A program made the position numbers and the translations under genes. Shown here one piece after another: positions 27,335 to 37,278 of a stretch of DNA of 64,000 nucleotides. The stretch spans positions 6,880,001 through 6,944,000 of the forward strand of contig OZ244999.1 of NCBI GenBank assembly GCA_965223265.1, written 5' to 3'. The notes under the pieces were generated by a model. That model was given only the letters and a program-made list of their open reading frames with translations, was not told where the DNA came from and ran no database searches. Position 1 is the first letter of the stretch, and each line of letters begins with the position of its first letter. Source of the DNA: Planctomycetota bacterium. Lineage in GTDB: Bacteria; Planctomycetota; UBA8108; SXIK01.

Positions 27335-28693
27335 TCAGTGCTGCTCACTCCCACCTGTGCCGCCAACGCAGTACACGTGCCCAGACGTTCGGATGTACAG
27401 CCGGCCGTGTGCGATGGCTGCCGGCGCGTAGATCGGCTCGGCGAGCTCGCTGCGCCCCACCTCTGCGTAGTCCTGCTTCGTAGCGTCGACGACAACCGTC
27501 ACCCCCGTCTCGTTCATGAAGTAGACGCGGCCACCCGCGGCTACCGGCGGCGCTGTGTACTGACCGGGAAGGCGATGCTGCCAGACGCGATCCCCCGAAT
27601 GCGCGTCGAGACAGGTTGCGATGCCCTTGTCGTCGATGAGGTAGTATCGATCGCCAACCACGATGGCAGACGGCACGAACGGCACACCGCGCGAGCTCGT
27701 CCACTCAACGCGCGAATCGGTGACGTCGCCACTGCCACCTGGACGGATCGCCAGAGTACTGCCGCCCGGCCCACTGACGGCGTAGAGAATCCCATGGGCA
27801 AAAACCGGCGTTGGGATGCACTCGCGCTGCATGCCCGCGACGGTCCAAAGAAACTCGCCGCTCGCTGGAGCGAACGCATCGACCTTCTTCGAGCTACAGA
27901 CGATGAGCTCGTCGCGCTGGCCACCGTCACGGTCAACAGAGATGAGCTGAGGCGACGCCCACGAATGCCAGGTTTCCGGTCGCTCGACACGCCAGCGGTT
28001 GACACCCGTCGTCTTGTCGAGTGCGATCAGGTAGGAGTCACCGTAGTGATCGCACTGAACGATGACGAGATCTTGATAGAGGAGCGGTGAGCTCGACGCC
28101 GCGAAACGGTTCTCGAACACGCCGTACTCCCTCGCGAGAGAGCGCTGCCAAAGCGGCCCACCGTCCCGATCCACGGCGAAGACGTCACCGGTACCAAAAA
28201 AAGCGAAAACCGCCTCGCCGTCTGTCACGGGTGTCGGCGTCGCCATGGTGCTCTTCTGACCGTGGCAGCGCGTTGGCGACGTGCCCCAGAAACGCCGATG
28301 CCACAGTTCCGACCCGTCCCGCGCTGAAAGAGCGACCACGTGAAGATCGCGAAAACGTGGGCCTGATGAGCCCGTGAGATAGAGACGATCGCCCCAGACG
28401 ACCACCCCCGAGACGCCGCGACCGACGACCGCTCTCTTCCAGGCGATGCCTTCGTCTTCGGACCAGCGCTGCGGCAAAGACGCCTCGCGACTGACGCCGT
28501 TTCGCCCCGGACCGCGCCACCCTGGCCAGTTTTCAGCCAAAACGACGTTGCTCGTTCCCGCGGCGACAGCCCAGGCGAACAACGCGAGGCGAATACTCGG
28601 CGCCTCGAGACACACGAAGCGGGCAAGACGAGCTACACTCCTCGTCCCCCCGCGTCGATCCCTTCCGATCCATCGTTCGCCGGCGCGTGTCAT
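27335..28693 (-). CDS. PQQ-binding-like beta-propeller protein
   Basis: ENWPGWRG, ATPTPVTDG, SSSPLL and ALDKTTG..W blades; ATG overlaps the upstream stop (ATGA). Confidence 0.88.
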   Translation of the reverse strand: MTRAGERWIGRDRRGGTRSVARLARFVCLEAPSIRLALFAWAVAAGTSNVVLAENWPGWRGPGRNGVSREASLPQRWSEDEGIAWKRAVVGRGVSGVVVWGDRLYLTGSSGPRFRDLHVVALSARDGSELWHRRFWGTSPTRCHGQKSTMATPTPVTDGEAVFAFFGTGDVFAVDRDGGPLWQRSLAREYGVFENRFAASSSPLLYQDLVIVQCDHYGDSYLIALDKTTGVNRWRVERPETWHSWASPQLISVDRDGGQRDELIVCSSKKVDAFAPASGEFLWTVAGMQRECIPTPVFAHGILYAVSGPGGSTLAIRPGGSGDVTDSRVEWTSSRGVPFVPSAIVVGDRYYLIDDKGIATCLDAHSGDRVWQHRLPGQYTAPPVAAGGRVYFMNETGVTVVVDATKQDYAEVGRSELAEPIYAPAAIAHGRLYIRTSGHVYCVGGTGGSEQH

Positions 28694-29928
28694 TTGTTCT
28701 CCACCTCGCGACTCGCGTCCGCCGCGGGAGACGGCAAGAGACTGCGCAACTTCAAGCCGCGGCCACTCGCGTCGCAGATGCGGAGCTCGAACGACCAATT
28801 GTTGCCAACGGCTGGGTTCTTATGCCGTGGACCCTGGCAGATTTTTGCCAGCAGCGTGTTCTTGCCTTTCTTGAGTCGCACACGCTGGCGGAAGCGGTCA
28901 GAGCGAATGCCATTGAGCCATTGCTCGCTACCTGTCACGTACGTACCGTTGAGCCAAATCTTACAGTTGTCATCGGCGCCGCAGCGAATCTCAGCATCTT
29001 GTTCGCGGGGCGAGTCGAGCTCCGCGTACGCATACCCGACAGCTTCGCTGCACGAGGCGATCGCTTGCAGTAGGTTCATCTGCCCGAAGCGGTTCTTCTC
29101 CTCGTAGAGCTTCCAACCGATTTCGACACCTCCTTGGCCAGCGTAGGAAGCGTTCAAGTCGATGCGTGATTCAGGTGGAAAGGTCTGTGCATAGCCAGTG
29201 GTCTCGGGCGCGTTGAACGGCCCGATGAGATGCCAGCGGACGACGTAGCCCATCTGATCGATAAGGTTAACGCGGACGCCAAGTTTTTCGAGCGCGGTCG
29301 CTGCTTCGTCCCACTGCCCTCGATCGCGCGCCTTTTCGAACGCCGCCTCGAACTGCTCGCGAGCACGTTCGGCGTCGCCGCCCTCTTGAGAGCGCCGCGC
29401 TGCAGCCAAAAGCTCAGCAACCGCATCCTTTCGAAAGGCGTCGTCCTCGTAGCGGCTACTGAGAAACTTCGCGCGGAATCCGGGCTCGCGCTCTTCGAGA
29501 AGATCTGCGACGAGGCGGCGCACTCGACCGCCGTAGCGGGTGTCACGCGCAAACTCCTTCAGATACGCGATTGGAAGCCGCGGATTCTCACGCCCCAGCT
29601 CTCGCGCCAACACATCGTCGTAAGCGCTCCGCAGCCAGTTCGCGACGACGGGCGACGCCGTCCCCATAGCCTCGAGGAGTGAGGGCAAAGCGCTGCTGTC
29701 AGCTTTCGCTAGTGCGTCGCGCGCAGCGCGCACCGCCGAGCCAGCACCTTGAGCGCCAAGCTCTTGAATCGTCTCGATGTGGCGGGCGACGTCGGCAGCG
29801 CTGTCGGCAAACGCTGCACTGGGGCTGACGACGAGGCACCACACGAGTAGGCCGCATCCAAAGGTGCCCGCCACGGCGAAGCGTCGCACTTCGGTCCCCG
29901 CATAACCTGATATCAGTTTCGGTAACAC
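28690..29928 (-). CDS. Exported hypothetical protein (helical HEAT-like N-terminus plus beta-sandwich C-terminus)
   Basis: Signal peptide; WHLIGPF, VGYAYAEL, GADDNCKIWLNG and LKKGKNTLLAKI, a galactose-binding-like module common in planctomycetes. Confidence 0.65.
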   Translation of the reverse strand: MLPKLISGYAGTEVRRFAVAGTFGCGLLVWCLVVSPSAAFADSAADVARHIETIQELGAQGAGSAVRAARDALAKADSSALPSLLEAMGTASPVVANWLRSAYDDVLARELGRENPRLPIAYLKEFARDTRYGGRVRRLVADLLEEREPGFRAKFLSSRYEDDAFRKDAVAELLAAARRSQEGGDAERAREQFEAAFEKARDRGQWDEAATALEKLGVRVNLIDQMGYVVRWHLIGPFNAPETTGYAQTFPPESRIDLNASYAGQGGVEIGWKLYEEKNRFGQMNLLQAIASCSEAVGYAYAELDSPREQDAEIRCGADDNCKIWLNGTYVTGSEQWLNGIRSDRFRQRVRLKKGKNTLLAKICQGPRHKNPAVGNNWSFELRICDASGRGLKLRSLLPSPAADASREVENK

Positions 29929-30082
29929 GATTCGTGATCGTCTCGCGAGAGCGGCGGCCTCCGATCGGTCGCATCGGAGACGGTGTCATTCAGGAAGGAC
30001 AGAATCAGGTCTTCAGCGTAGCAAGAAACCTCAGCGAAGGCGATGGAACGTCGCGTGATGAATTCAACGAACCGCCCGCGAG

Positions 30083-31534
30083 TCACTCCGGCCAGCGCTC
30101 GACGACCACCTTCGGTTGTGTGTAGAACTCAACGGCATGCTTCCCCTGCGCGTGCAAGTCGCCGAAGAAGCTGTCCTTCCAGCCGCTGAAGGGATAGAAC
30201 GCCATGGGCGCCGCCACGCCGACGTTGATGCCGACGTTGCCGGCGGTGACCTCGCTGCGAAACTTCCGCGCCGCGCGGCCGCTCGACGTGAAGAGGCACG
30301 CCATGTTGCCGTAGCCCTGTGTGTTGATCAATTCGATCGCCTCGTCGAGAGTCGCGACCGAAATCAAACCAAGAACCGGTCCAAAGACTTCAGTACGACC
30401 GATCTCACTCGACGGATCGACACCGTCGAGGACAGTCGGAAAGACGAAATTCCCGCTCTCGTAGGCTGCGGCCTTCTTGTCGCGGCCGTCAACGATCGGT
30501 CGCGCGCCGCCCGCACATCCGGTTTCGACTAGGTCAAGGATGCGCGCGCGGCTGGGCGGAGAGATCACCGGCCCCATCTCAACACCTTCGTCCCAGCCGT
30601 AGCCGACGCGTCGTTCACTCGCCGCGGCAGCGATTGCCTCCGTGAAGTCCTTGCTGGCCTGGGGTCCGACAGTGATCGAAAGCGAAGAGGCCAGACAACG
30701 CTGCCCCGCACACCCGAAAGCGCTCTCTGCGATGGTCTCGCACGTCACGTCAAGGTCGGCGTCCGGCAGAACGACGACCGGGTTTTTCGCACCGCCTTGG
30801 CACTGCGCCCGCTTCCCCACCGCGGTCGCTCGCGCGTAGACTCTGCGCGCCACAGGCGTCGAGCCGACGAACGAGATGGCGCGCACTTTCGGCGCATCCA
30901 CCAGTACCTCTACCGTCTCTCTCGAGCCGTTGACCAGCTGCACAACGCCACTCGGCAACCCCGTTCGCGCCGCCAGCTCGACGAGCTTAGCGCCGGTGAG
31001 CGGCACTTGCTCGCTCGGCTTGAGGATGAAGGAGTTCCCTGTTGCGATCGCATACGGCAAGAACCAAAGTGGAATCATCGCCGGGAAGTTGAACGGCGTG
31101 ATGGCAGCGACGACACCCAAGGGTTGGCGAAAGAGATGCTCGTCGATGCCAAGCGCGATGTTCTCGTTGTTGTACCCTTGCATCAAAGACGGCGCAGCGC
31201 ATGCTGTCTCGACGTTTTCAATGCCGCGGCGCAGCTCACCGAGTGCTTCAGCGCGTGTCTTGCCACACTCGTCGGTGATGGTTCGCGCCAAGTCATCGAT
31301 GTTCTCTTCGAGCAGCTGCTTGTAGCGAAACAGATACTGAATCCGTTCGCCAACCGGAACGCGACGCCACTCCTCAAAGGCACGCTCGCCTCGTTCGACC
31401 GCGGCGGCAACATCGACGCCCGTCGAGCAATGAGTCGTCGCGATGATCTGCTGAGTCGCAGGGTTCATCACCTCCACGACTTCGCCGTGCGCGCCGCGCC
31501 ATTCACCGCCAACGTAGTTCTCGATCGTTTGCAT
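30083..31534 (-). CDS. mmsA: CoA-acylating methylmalonate/malonate-semialdehyde dehydrogenase
   Basis: ITPFNFPAMIPLW, ISFVGSTPVA, GGAKN, catalytic FGCAGQRCLA and GINVGVAAPMAFYPFSGWKDSFFGDLH motifs. Confidence 0.92.
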   Translation of the reverse strand: MQTIENYVGGEWRGAHGEVVEVMNPATQQIIATTHCSTGVDVAAAVERGERAFEEWRRVPVGERIQYLFRYKQLLEENIDDLARTITDECGKTRAEALGELRRGIENVETACAAPSLMQGYNNENIALGIDEHLFRQPLGVVAAITPFNFPAMIPLWFLPYAIATGNSFILKPSEQVPLTGAKLVELAARTGLPSGVVQLVNGSRETVEVLVDAPKVRAISFVGSTPVARRVYARATAVGKRAQCQGGAKNPVVVLPDADLDVTCETIAESAFGCAGQRCLASSLSITVGPQASKDFTEAIAAAASERRVGYGWDEGVEMGPVISPPSRARILDLVETGCAGGARPIVDGRDKKAAAYESGNFVFPTVLDGVDPSSEIGRTEVFGPVLGLISVATLDEAIELINTQGYGNMACLFTSSGRAARKFRSEVTAGNVGINVGVAAPMAFYPFSGWKDSFFGDLHAQGKHAVEFYTQPKVVVERWPE

Positions 31535-31660
31535 GATCTTCTTGTTTTAGAGCCTAGCGCGATGAAGCTCGCCACCTCGCCAACATCGCGGTCGGGCGAC
31601 GAACCCCCAAGTGCAAGGGACACGCAACCAAATCGTCCGCCTTCGTCTCAGCGCAAGGGC

Positions 31661-33070
31661 TCAAAGCAGCTCTCGGATGGGCTCGCCACCCTCTTGGACG
31701 ATAAAGTGCGGGCGGCCGCGATGGTCGAGGTACGTCGCGTCGAGCGGCACACCCATGTGATGGTAGATCGTTGCAGCGAGATCCGCGGGTGTCACTGGAC
31801 GCTCCTTGATGTGACCGGCGTCGCGTTCCGTCGCGCCGATGACTTGGCCGTGACGAAAACCACCGCCAGCAAGGGTTATGGCACTGACGTTCGGCCAGTG
31901 ATTCCGCCCGTCGGTGCTGCCCTGAGTTCCGATCCTCGGCGTGCGCCCGAACTCTCCCATGGCGATGACGAGCACATCGTCGAGGAGTCCGCGCTCCTCC
32001 AAATCACTGATGAGCGTTGTGAAGAGGTGGTCGAACACGGGCAGAAGCGGACGCAGACCGTTCCAGATACCACCGTAGGGCGGGATATTGTCGCCGTGCG
32101 TGTCCCACGTCCCTGACGCCCCGTGGTGACTCAAGTCGATCGTCACGAAGCTCACACCGGCTTCGACGAGTCGTCGCGCCAGGAGTGCTTTCTGGCTCCA
32201 GTCGTGATCACCGTAGCGTTCGAGCGTCGCCTCTTTCTCTTGGGAGAGGTCGAAGACCGCCTGAGCCCGGGCGCCTGCAACGATGTCGATCGCTTGCTGC
32301 CCGAATCGATCGAGCGCCTCCATCGAACCGGAGAGGTCGAGATCGCGGTGGAGTTGGTCGAACTGCTGGCGCAGCGAACGCCGCGTCTTGAGACGACTCG
32401 GGTCGAGCCCTGCCGGCAGCTTGAGGAGCTTGGAGACATCATCGCCAAGAAACGGATCGTATTGTTTGCCAAGGTAGCCGCCCCAGGCGAGGTGCGACCG
32501 CGACTTCATGTTGAGCGCGACGTAGGGCGGCATCGACGCATCGTTGGCGCCACGCATCTTCGCGATCACCGAACCGATCGCGGGATAGAGCGGACCCTTG
32601 GGATTTACCCGCGGTGCGGCTTCTCGGTGCCCAGTCTGCATCACTTGATTCGGTTCGTGGTTGCTGCCGCGCGGATCCATCGACCGGATGATCGTGAGCT
32701 TGTCCATCATCGCGGCTTGCTTCGGCAGGTACTCGCACAGAAGCACGCCCGGCAGCTTCGTCTTGATGACGCCAAACGGCCCCCGGATGCCCGACGGAGC
32801 GTCCGGCTTCACATCCCATGTGTCGATGTGGCTGGGCCCACCAGTCATCCAGATGAGGATCACCGCCTTGCCGCGCGGCACCGGTTCACCTGTCTTCGCT
32901 GTGACTTCCCGCCCTTCGAGAAGCCGCGGGAGCGTCAACCCAGCGAAACCGAGAGCGCCCGCCTTCAGCGTGCTACGCCGCGTCACAAACGTCAGCCCAT
33001 CACGCTCGCGCGGATGCATCCACGTAAACGCATGGCGGTGGGTGTGGTCAGGCGTGTGGCACGGAAACAT
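31661..33070 (-). CDS. DUF1501 domain protein
   Basis: VTRRSTLK; WMTGGPSHIDTWDVKP, LLARRLVEAGV, WDTH, GEFGRTP and GRNHW motifs. Confidence 0.9.
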   Translation of the reverse strand: MFPCHTPDHTHRHAFTWMHPRERDGLTFVTRRSTLKAGALGFAGLTLPRLLEGREVTAKTGEPVPRGKAVILIWMTGGPSHIDTWDVKPDAPSGIRGPFGVIKTKLPGVLLCEYLPKQAAMMDKLTIIRSMDPRGSNHEPNQVMQTGHREAAPRVNPKGPLYPAIGSVIAKMRGANDASMPPYVALNMKSRSHLAWGGYLGKQYDPFLGDDVSKLLKLPAGLDPSRLKTRRSLRQQFDQLHRDLDLSGSMEALDRFGQQAIDIVAGARAQAVFDLSQEKEATLERYGDHDWSQKALLARRLVEAGVSFVTIDLSHHGASGTWDTHGDNIPPYGGIWNGLRPLLPVFDHLFTTLISDLEERGLLDDVLVIAMGEFGRTPRIGTQGSTDGRNHWPNVSAITLAGGGFRHGQVIGATERDAGHIKERPVTPADLAATIYHHMGVPLDATYLDHRGRPHFIVQEGGEPIRELL

Positions 33071-33203
33071 GGCGGATCCTGAGGTCAAAAAAACGAGCTT
33101 CGACGATCAAACCCAGGCTATCCGAAGCCGAGCGACGCGGTCAATGGCTGGTTGACGAGGATGCGTCTGAGGACGAGACACGACGGCACACTCGCGCTCG
33201 TCG

Positions 33204-34388
33204 CTACGCACGAACGAACCTCCCCTGTTGACGCGTCGGAGGCGTCATCGATGCGCCGCTGGTAAATCGCCAAGCGGCTAGAGTCGGACCTCCGGCGCAG
33301 AGAATCAGGACAACGGCGAAGACGATGATGGCGTTGACCAAACTGCTTGGAAAGTCGGTGAATCGCGCCAGAAGGGGCGGCGCTCCGAGTTCTATCGCGA
33401 CGGCAATGAGGGGTGCAAAGAAAACGTAGTCGTAAGATCGCAGGAGTGGCTTGAACGATCCAATGCGTCTGAGAATACTGCCGCCCCCGCTGTGCCCGGA
33501 AAGGTACACGCCGAGACGGACGATGGGCGCCGCAATGAGTAATAGCACAGTCAATCGGTACTCGCCATCACCCACCTCTTCGAAGACGAAGGTCAACCAA
33601 CCGGCAACGAACGCCGCCGCCCCGCTCGTCGGTAGATTGATCCTCGCTGGCGGAAGCCGTGGCGAAAGTGCAGCGAACGGCCATCCGGACGACGCGCGCT
33701 GGGCGGCGTCGATTCGAACCGCAAGTGAACCCCCCGACTCCGAAACTGAGAGTTCTTGGAGTCGCAACAATGAACGCTGCAGCGCGACGTAGCAGATCCC
33801 GTGCAGAACGATCACAACCAGGGCCAACGGCTCCTGTGTGGTCCAAAGCAAAATCAGAACGCCCAACCCGAAAGCTAACAGCATCGCCTCCCACTTCTGC
33901 CCGCTCTTTCCCACGGTAAACGTCACGAAGACGGCGTAGCCGCATGACGCTGCAGCCAATAGGCTCACGGGAACGGTTCGCAAAAACATGGCAGCAGGAC
34001 CGATGATCAACGACAGCAGCACAAGATCCTGCAGCCCGGGATGGACCGATCCCAAGGGCAACCTCTGGCCGCGATGCCAGGGTGTTTGCAGCAACCACGC
34101 GAGATACCCAGACCGCCAGATAGGCGAGAACCCCACGATCCGCGCGCCACCGTAAGCGAAAGCCAAGACGTAAAGAACATTCAAGACGGCGCTCGGTGCC
34201 ATCAACAGATGTGCCGATGCTGCAAGTGCTCCGACAACGGCAGCGACAGCGACGGCATTCAACGATGGCGCAGCTTGGCGCAGCCACTGCTGAGGCGAGC
34301 GCTCTCGGTGCCGATACGAACGAAAGGCGACGTCCTCGTAATGGGTGTCAGAGTTACGTCGATTCCGTGCACTTTCGGGACTTTTCAC
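33204..34388 (-). CDS. Multi-pass membrane protein, probable ABC permease partner
   Basis: About 10 hydrophobic segments; start overlaps the ABC ATPase stop (GTGA). Confidence 0.6.
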   Translation of the reverse strand: MKSPESARNRRNSDTHYEDVAFRSYRHRERSPQQWLRQAAPSLNAVAVAAVVGALAASAHLLMAPSAVLNVLYVLAFAYGGARIVGFSPIWRSGYLAWLLQTPWHRGQRLPLGSVHPGLQDLVLLSLIIGPAAMFLRTVPVSLLAAASCGYAVFVTFTVGKSGQKWEAMLLAFGLGVLILLWTTQEPLALVVIVLHGICYVALQRSLLRLQELSVSESGGSLAVRIDAAQRASSGWPFAALSPRLPPARINLPTSGAAAFVAGWLTFVFEEVGDGEYRLTVLLLIAAPIVRLGVYLSGHSGGGSILRRIGSFKPLLRSYDYVFFAPLIAVAIELGAPPLLARFTDFPSSLVNAIIVFAVVLILCAGGPTLAAWRFTSGASMTPPTRQQGRFVRA

Positions 34389-35161
34389 GCGATCGTCTCG
34401 AAGTAACGATGGACACTTTCCTCCGCGTCGGGGCGCACAAGACGTCCGAGCGCCGCAGCGAATCCTGCCTCGCCACCTACTTCCGTCGCAAGCTTGTCCG
34501 GGGTCACTGACGCGGCGAGTTCCCCCTCGTGAATCAGTGCGACGCGGTTCGCCAGCCCTTCAATGATCTCTGGAACCGGAGTCGAGAGCACGATCGTCAC
34601 TCCCTTCTCAGCAGAAAGGCGACGAAGCACACTCTTCAGCGCCACAATGCCGCCAGGGTCGAGCCCGCCGGAAAACGGTTCGTCGAGAATCAAAACCGGT
34701 GATTCCGTGATCAGCACGGCACTGAGCGCCACCTTGCGGCGCTGGCCGCTCGAGAGCGCACGGATCAGTGCGGTGCCTTTGGATCGGAGCTCGAAAAGCT
34801 CTAAAAGACTCTCGGCGTGGATCATCACGCGTTCGTACGGCACATCGTAGAGCTGCGCGGTTGCATAGAGAAATTCGCGTATCGTACGCTCCGCCGGTAA
34901 CCACGAAGGATCGGCAAGATATCCGACTTTGTGGCGCACCGCACGTTCGGCCTCGACGCTCGAGCGCCGACGGATGCCATCAACGTAAACGGCGCCGATG
35001 ACGGGCGACAACGCCCCCGCCATGACGCCGAGGAGAGTACTCTTCCCCATACCGTTCGGCCCCATGAGCGCAAGGATCTCGCCGGTTTCAACCTCGAGGT
35101 CGATGCCGCGAAGAATCGGTTCGAGTCCGTAGTGATGGACGATGTTCTCGACTTTGATCAC
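34385..35161 (-). CDS. ABC transporter ATP-binding protein
   Basis: Walker A GPNGMGKST, signature LSSGQ, Walker B LILDEP. The H-loop His appears replaced (LSTPV). Confidence 0.92.
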   Translation of the reverse strand: MIKVENIVHHYGLEPILRGIDLEVETGEILALMGPNGMGKSTLLGVMAGALSPVIGAVYVDGIRRRSSVEAERAVRHKVGYLADPSWLPAERTIREFLYATAQLYDVPYERVMIHAESLLELFELRSKGTALIRALSSGQRRKVALSAVLITESPVLILDEPFSGGLDPGGIVALKSVLRRLSAEKGVTIVLSTPVPEIIEGLANRVALIHEGELAASVTPDKLATEVGGEAGFAAALGRLVRPDAEESVHRYFETIA

Positions 35162-35339
35162 TCTCGATCCTCCGGTGGAAATGCGAGCGACACATCGAAC
35201 ACCCTGCCATAAACAGTTCGATCTGAACGAAACCTGAGTCGCCGGTGACAGGTGCGTGCCGCAATCAGTCGCCGCCCACCGCGCAGGCGACCGGCCATTC
35301 GAACTCAGAGTCGCTTAACAGTCCGTCGAAAGCGGGCTG

Positions 35340-35738
35340 TTAACTCATCCTAACGCTCGCCAGCGAATATCCCAGCCACGCTGCCCCGAGGCCTATCGTA
35401 ACTTGCAGCAGGATATTGAGCAGCGCCGCCGTGACGTTGCCCGCGCGAAAGAGTAGGAGAGTCTGCAAACCGAACGACGAAAACGTCGTGAAGCCTCCGA
35501 GGAGACCGATGGCGACGAACAGCTGCAGCGAGTCCGAGACGTCGCGCCTCGACACGACCGCACCGGCGAAGAGACCTATGCAGAGACATCCGAGAACGTT
35601 CACGACCAAAATGCCAAGCGGCACAGGCACGACCTTTGAGTAGCGCTGCACGCACTCGCTCAAGAGAAAACGACTGACCGAGCCGATGAAACCGCCCGCG
35701 CCAACCAGCAGAATCTGCGCCAACAAGCCCGTCTTCAC
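35340..35738 (-). CDS. crcB: Fluoride efflux channel Fluc/CrcB
   Basis: GGFIGSVSRF, VNVLGC and GGFTTFSSF motifs; 4 TM. GTG start after GGAG; alternative start 35765. Confidence 0.93.
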   Translation of the reverse strand: MKTGLLAQILLVGAGGFIGSVSRFLLSECVQRYSKVVPVPLGILVVNVLGCLCIGLFAGAVVSRRDVSDSLQLFVAIGLLGGFTTFSSFGLQTLLLFRAGNVTAALLNILLQVTIGLGAAWLGYSLASVRMS

Positions 35739-35781
35739 ACCTTGAGCTCCGATGACCTTGAGCACACCGCGTCGGAACTGC

Positions 35782-37278
35782 TCATACGAACAGCTTCTTG
35801 ATCACATTCCCGGAGACGTCGGTGAGCCTTTCGTCGCGACCGTTGTGACGGTAGGTCAGTCGCTGGTGGTCGAGTCCAAGAGCATGAAGGATCGTCGCGT
35901 GCAGATCGTGCACGTGGGCGCGATCCTCGATCGCATGCAGACCGAATTCATCCGTGGCGCCGATGATCTGGCCACCCTTGACGCCGCCCCCAGCCATCCA
36001 CATGGTGAACCCATAAGGATTATGGTCTCGACCGTCGCCTTTCTCCGACTGCGGCGTGCGGCCAAACTCGCCGCCCCAGACGACGAGGGTCTCGTCGAGC
36101 ATGCCGCGCTGCTTGAGGTCCTTCAGGAGACCGGCGATGGGAAGATCGGAGGAACGGCAAAGTCCGGTGTGATTCTTCTCGATCCGTACGTGCGCATCCC
36201 ACTTGCTGCCCGAGCCGCTGTAGAGCTGTATGAAACGAACGCCACGCTCAACGAGTCGTCGCGCCAGAAGGCACATGCGTCCGTAGGTCGCGGTCGATTC
36301 GCTCTCCAAACCGTAGAGACGCCGCGTTGCCTCGCTCTCACGCGACAAGTCAACGGCCTCAGGCGCCGAGGCCTGCATACGGTAGGCGAGCTCATACGAT
36401 GCGATGCGCGCCTCGAGCTGACTATTCGCCTGCCGCCGACGTGCGTGGCGTCGATTCAGTACGCCAATGAGATCGAGTTTACGGCGCTGCTGCTCGCGGC
36501 TCACCGTCTTGTGGCGCTCAAGGTGAAGGATCGGCGCCGCGCCCTCGCGAAAACGCGTCCCTTGATACGCCGCCGGCATGAAGCCGGTGCCCCAATTACG
36601 CGTGCCGCCGGGCGGTTCGGAATTGCGATCAAGCATGACGACGAATGCTGGCAAGTCGTCGCTGCCGGCCCCCAAGCCGTAGGAGCACCAACTACCAAGG
36701 CTGGGGCGGCCACCCTCGACGAAGCCGGTGTTCATTTGCGTCACACCGCGCACGTGCAAAAGTCCATCCGCAACGCACGACCGAATCACCGCAATGTCGT
36801 CGATACACTCGCCAACGTGTGGCATCCAGTTGGACACGGGGATGCCGGACTGTCCGTAACGCTTCCACGTCCGCGGTGAAGCGAGGATAGCGCTGTCGGT
36901 CTCGCCCATCGGCAAGTAGGGCCGTTCGATGTGCGGCGGCAGCGTCTGCCCCGCGTACCGATTCACCGCCGGTTTCGGGTCGAAGGTATCGATGTGGCTG
37001 GGGCCGCCATCGAGAAAAAGAAAGATCACACTCTTGGCGCGCGGGCGGAAATGCGGACCGCTGACACTCTTGTTCGACGCGGACGCAGAGCCTCCGTTCG
37101 ATGTCGCTTCGGTCGCGAGGAGCGCGTCTTGCGCCAGCAGATGCGTCAGTGCCAGCGCACCGAAGCCGCCGCCCGCGCGCTCTAAGAAATCGCGGCGACT
37201 GGTCACCAGCTCTGCGTGTGCCGGCTGGAGGGGCTCGCGATCATGGTGAACCTTCAGGCTCGCGCGGTCAGTCGACAT
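35782..37278 (-). CDS. DUF1501 domain protein (Tat-type signal)
   Basis: TSRRDFL; FLDGGPSHIDTFDPKP, CLLARRLVERGVRF, WDAH, GEFGRTP and GRDHN motifs; start overlaps the upstream gene end. Confidence 0.92.
   Translation of the reverse strand: MSTDRASLKVHHDREPLQPAHAELVTSRRDFLERAGGGFGALALTHLLAQDALLATEATSNGGSASASNKSVSGPHFRPRAKSVIFLFLDGGPSHIDTFDPKPAVNRYAGQTLPPHIERPYLPMGETDSAILASPRTWKRYGQSGIPVSNWMPHVGECIDDIAVIRSCVADGLLHVRGVTQMNTGFVEGGRPSLGSWCSYGLGAGSDDLPAFVVMLDRNSEPPGGTRNWGTGFMPAAYQGTRFREGAAPILHLERHKTVSREQQRRKLDLIGVLNRRHARRRQANSQLEARIASYELAYRMQASAPEAVDLSRESEATRRLYGLESESTATYGRMCLLARRLVERGVRFIQLYSGSGSKWDAHVRIEKNHTGLCRSSDLPIAGLLKDLKQRGMLDETLVVWGGEFGRTPQSEKGDGRDHNPYGFTMWMAGGGVKGGQIIGATDEFGLHAIEDRAHVHDLHATILHALGLDHQRLTYRHNGRDERLTDVSGNVIKKLFV

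Noticed and set aside
30039-30066. GGCGATGG...TGATGA resembling a fluoride riboswitch
   Set aside because: It is too short for the full fold, lacks the pseudoknot complement, points the wrong way for local genes and is 5 kb from crcB.
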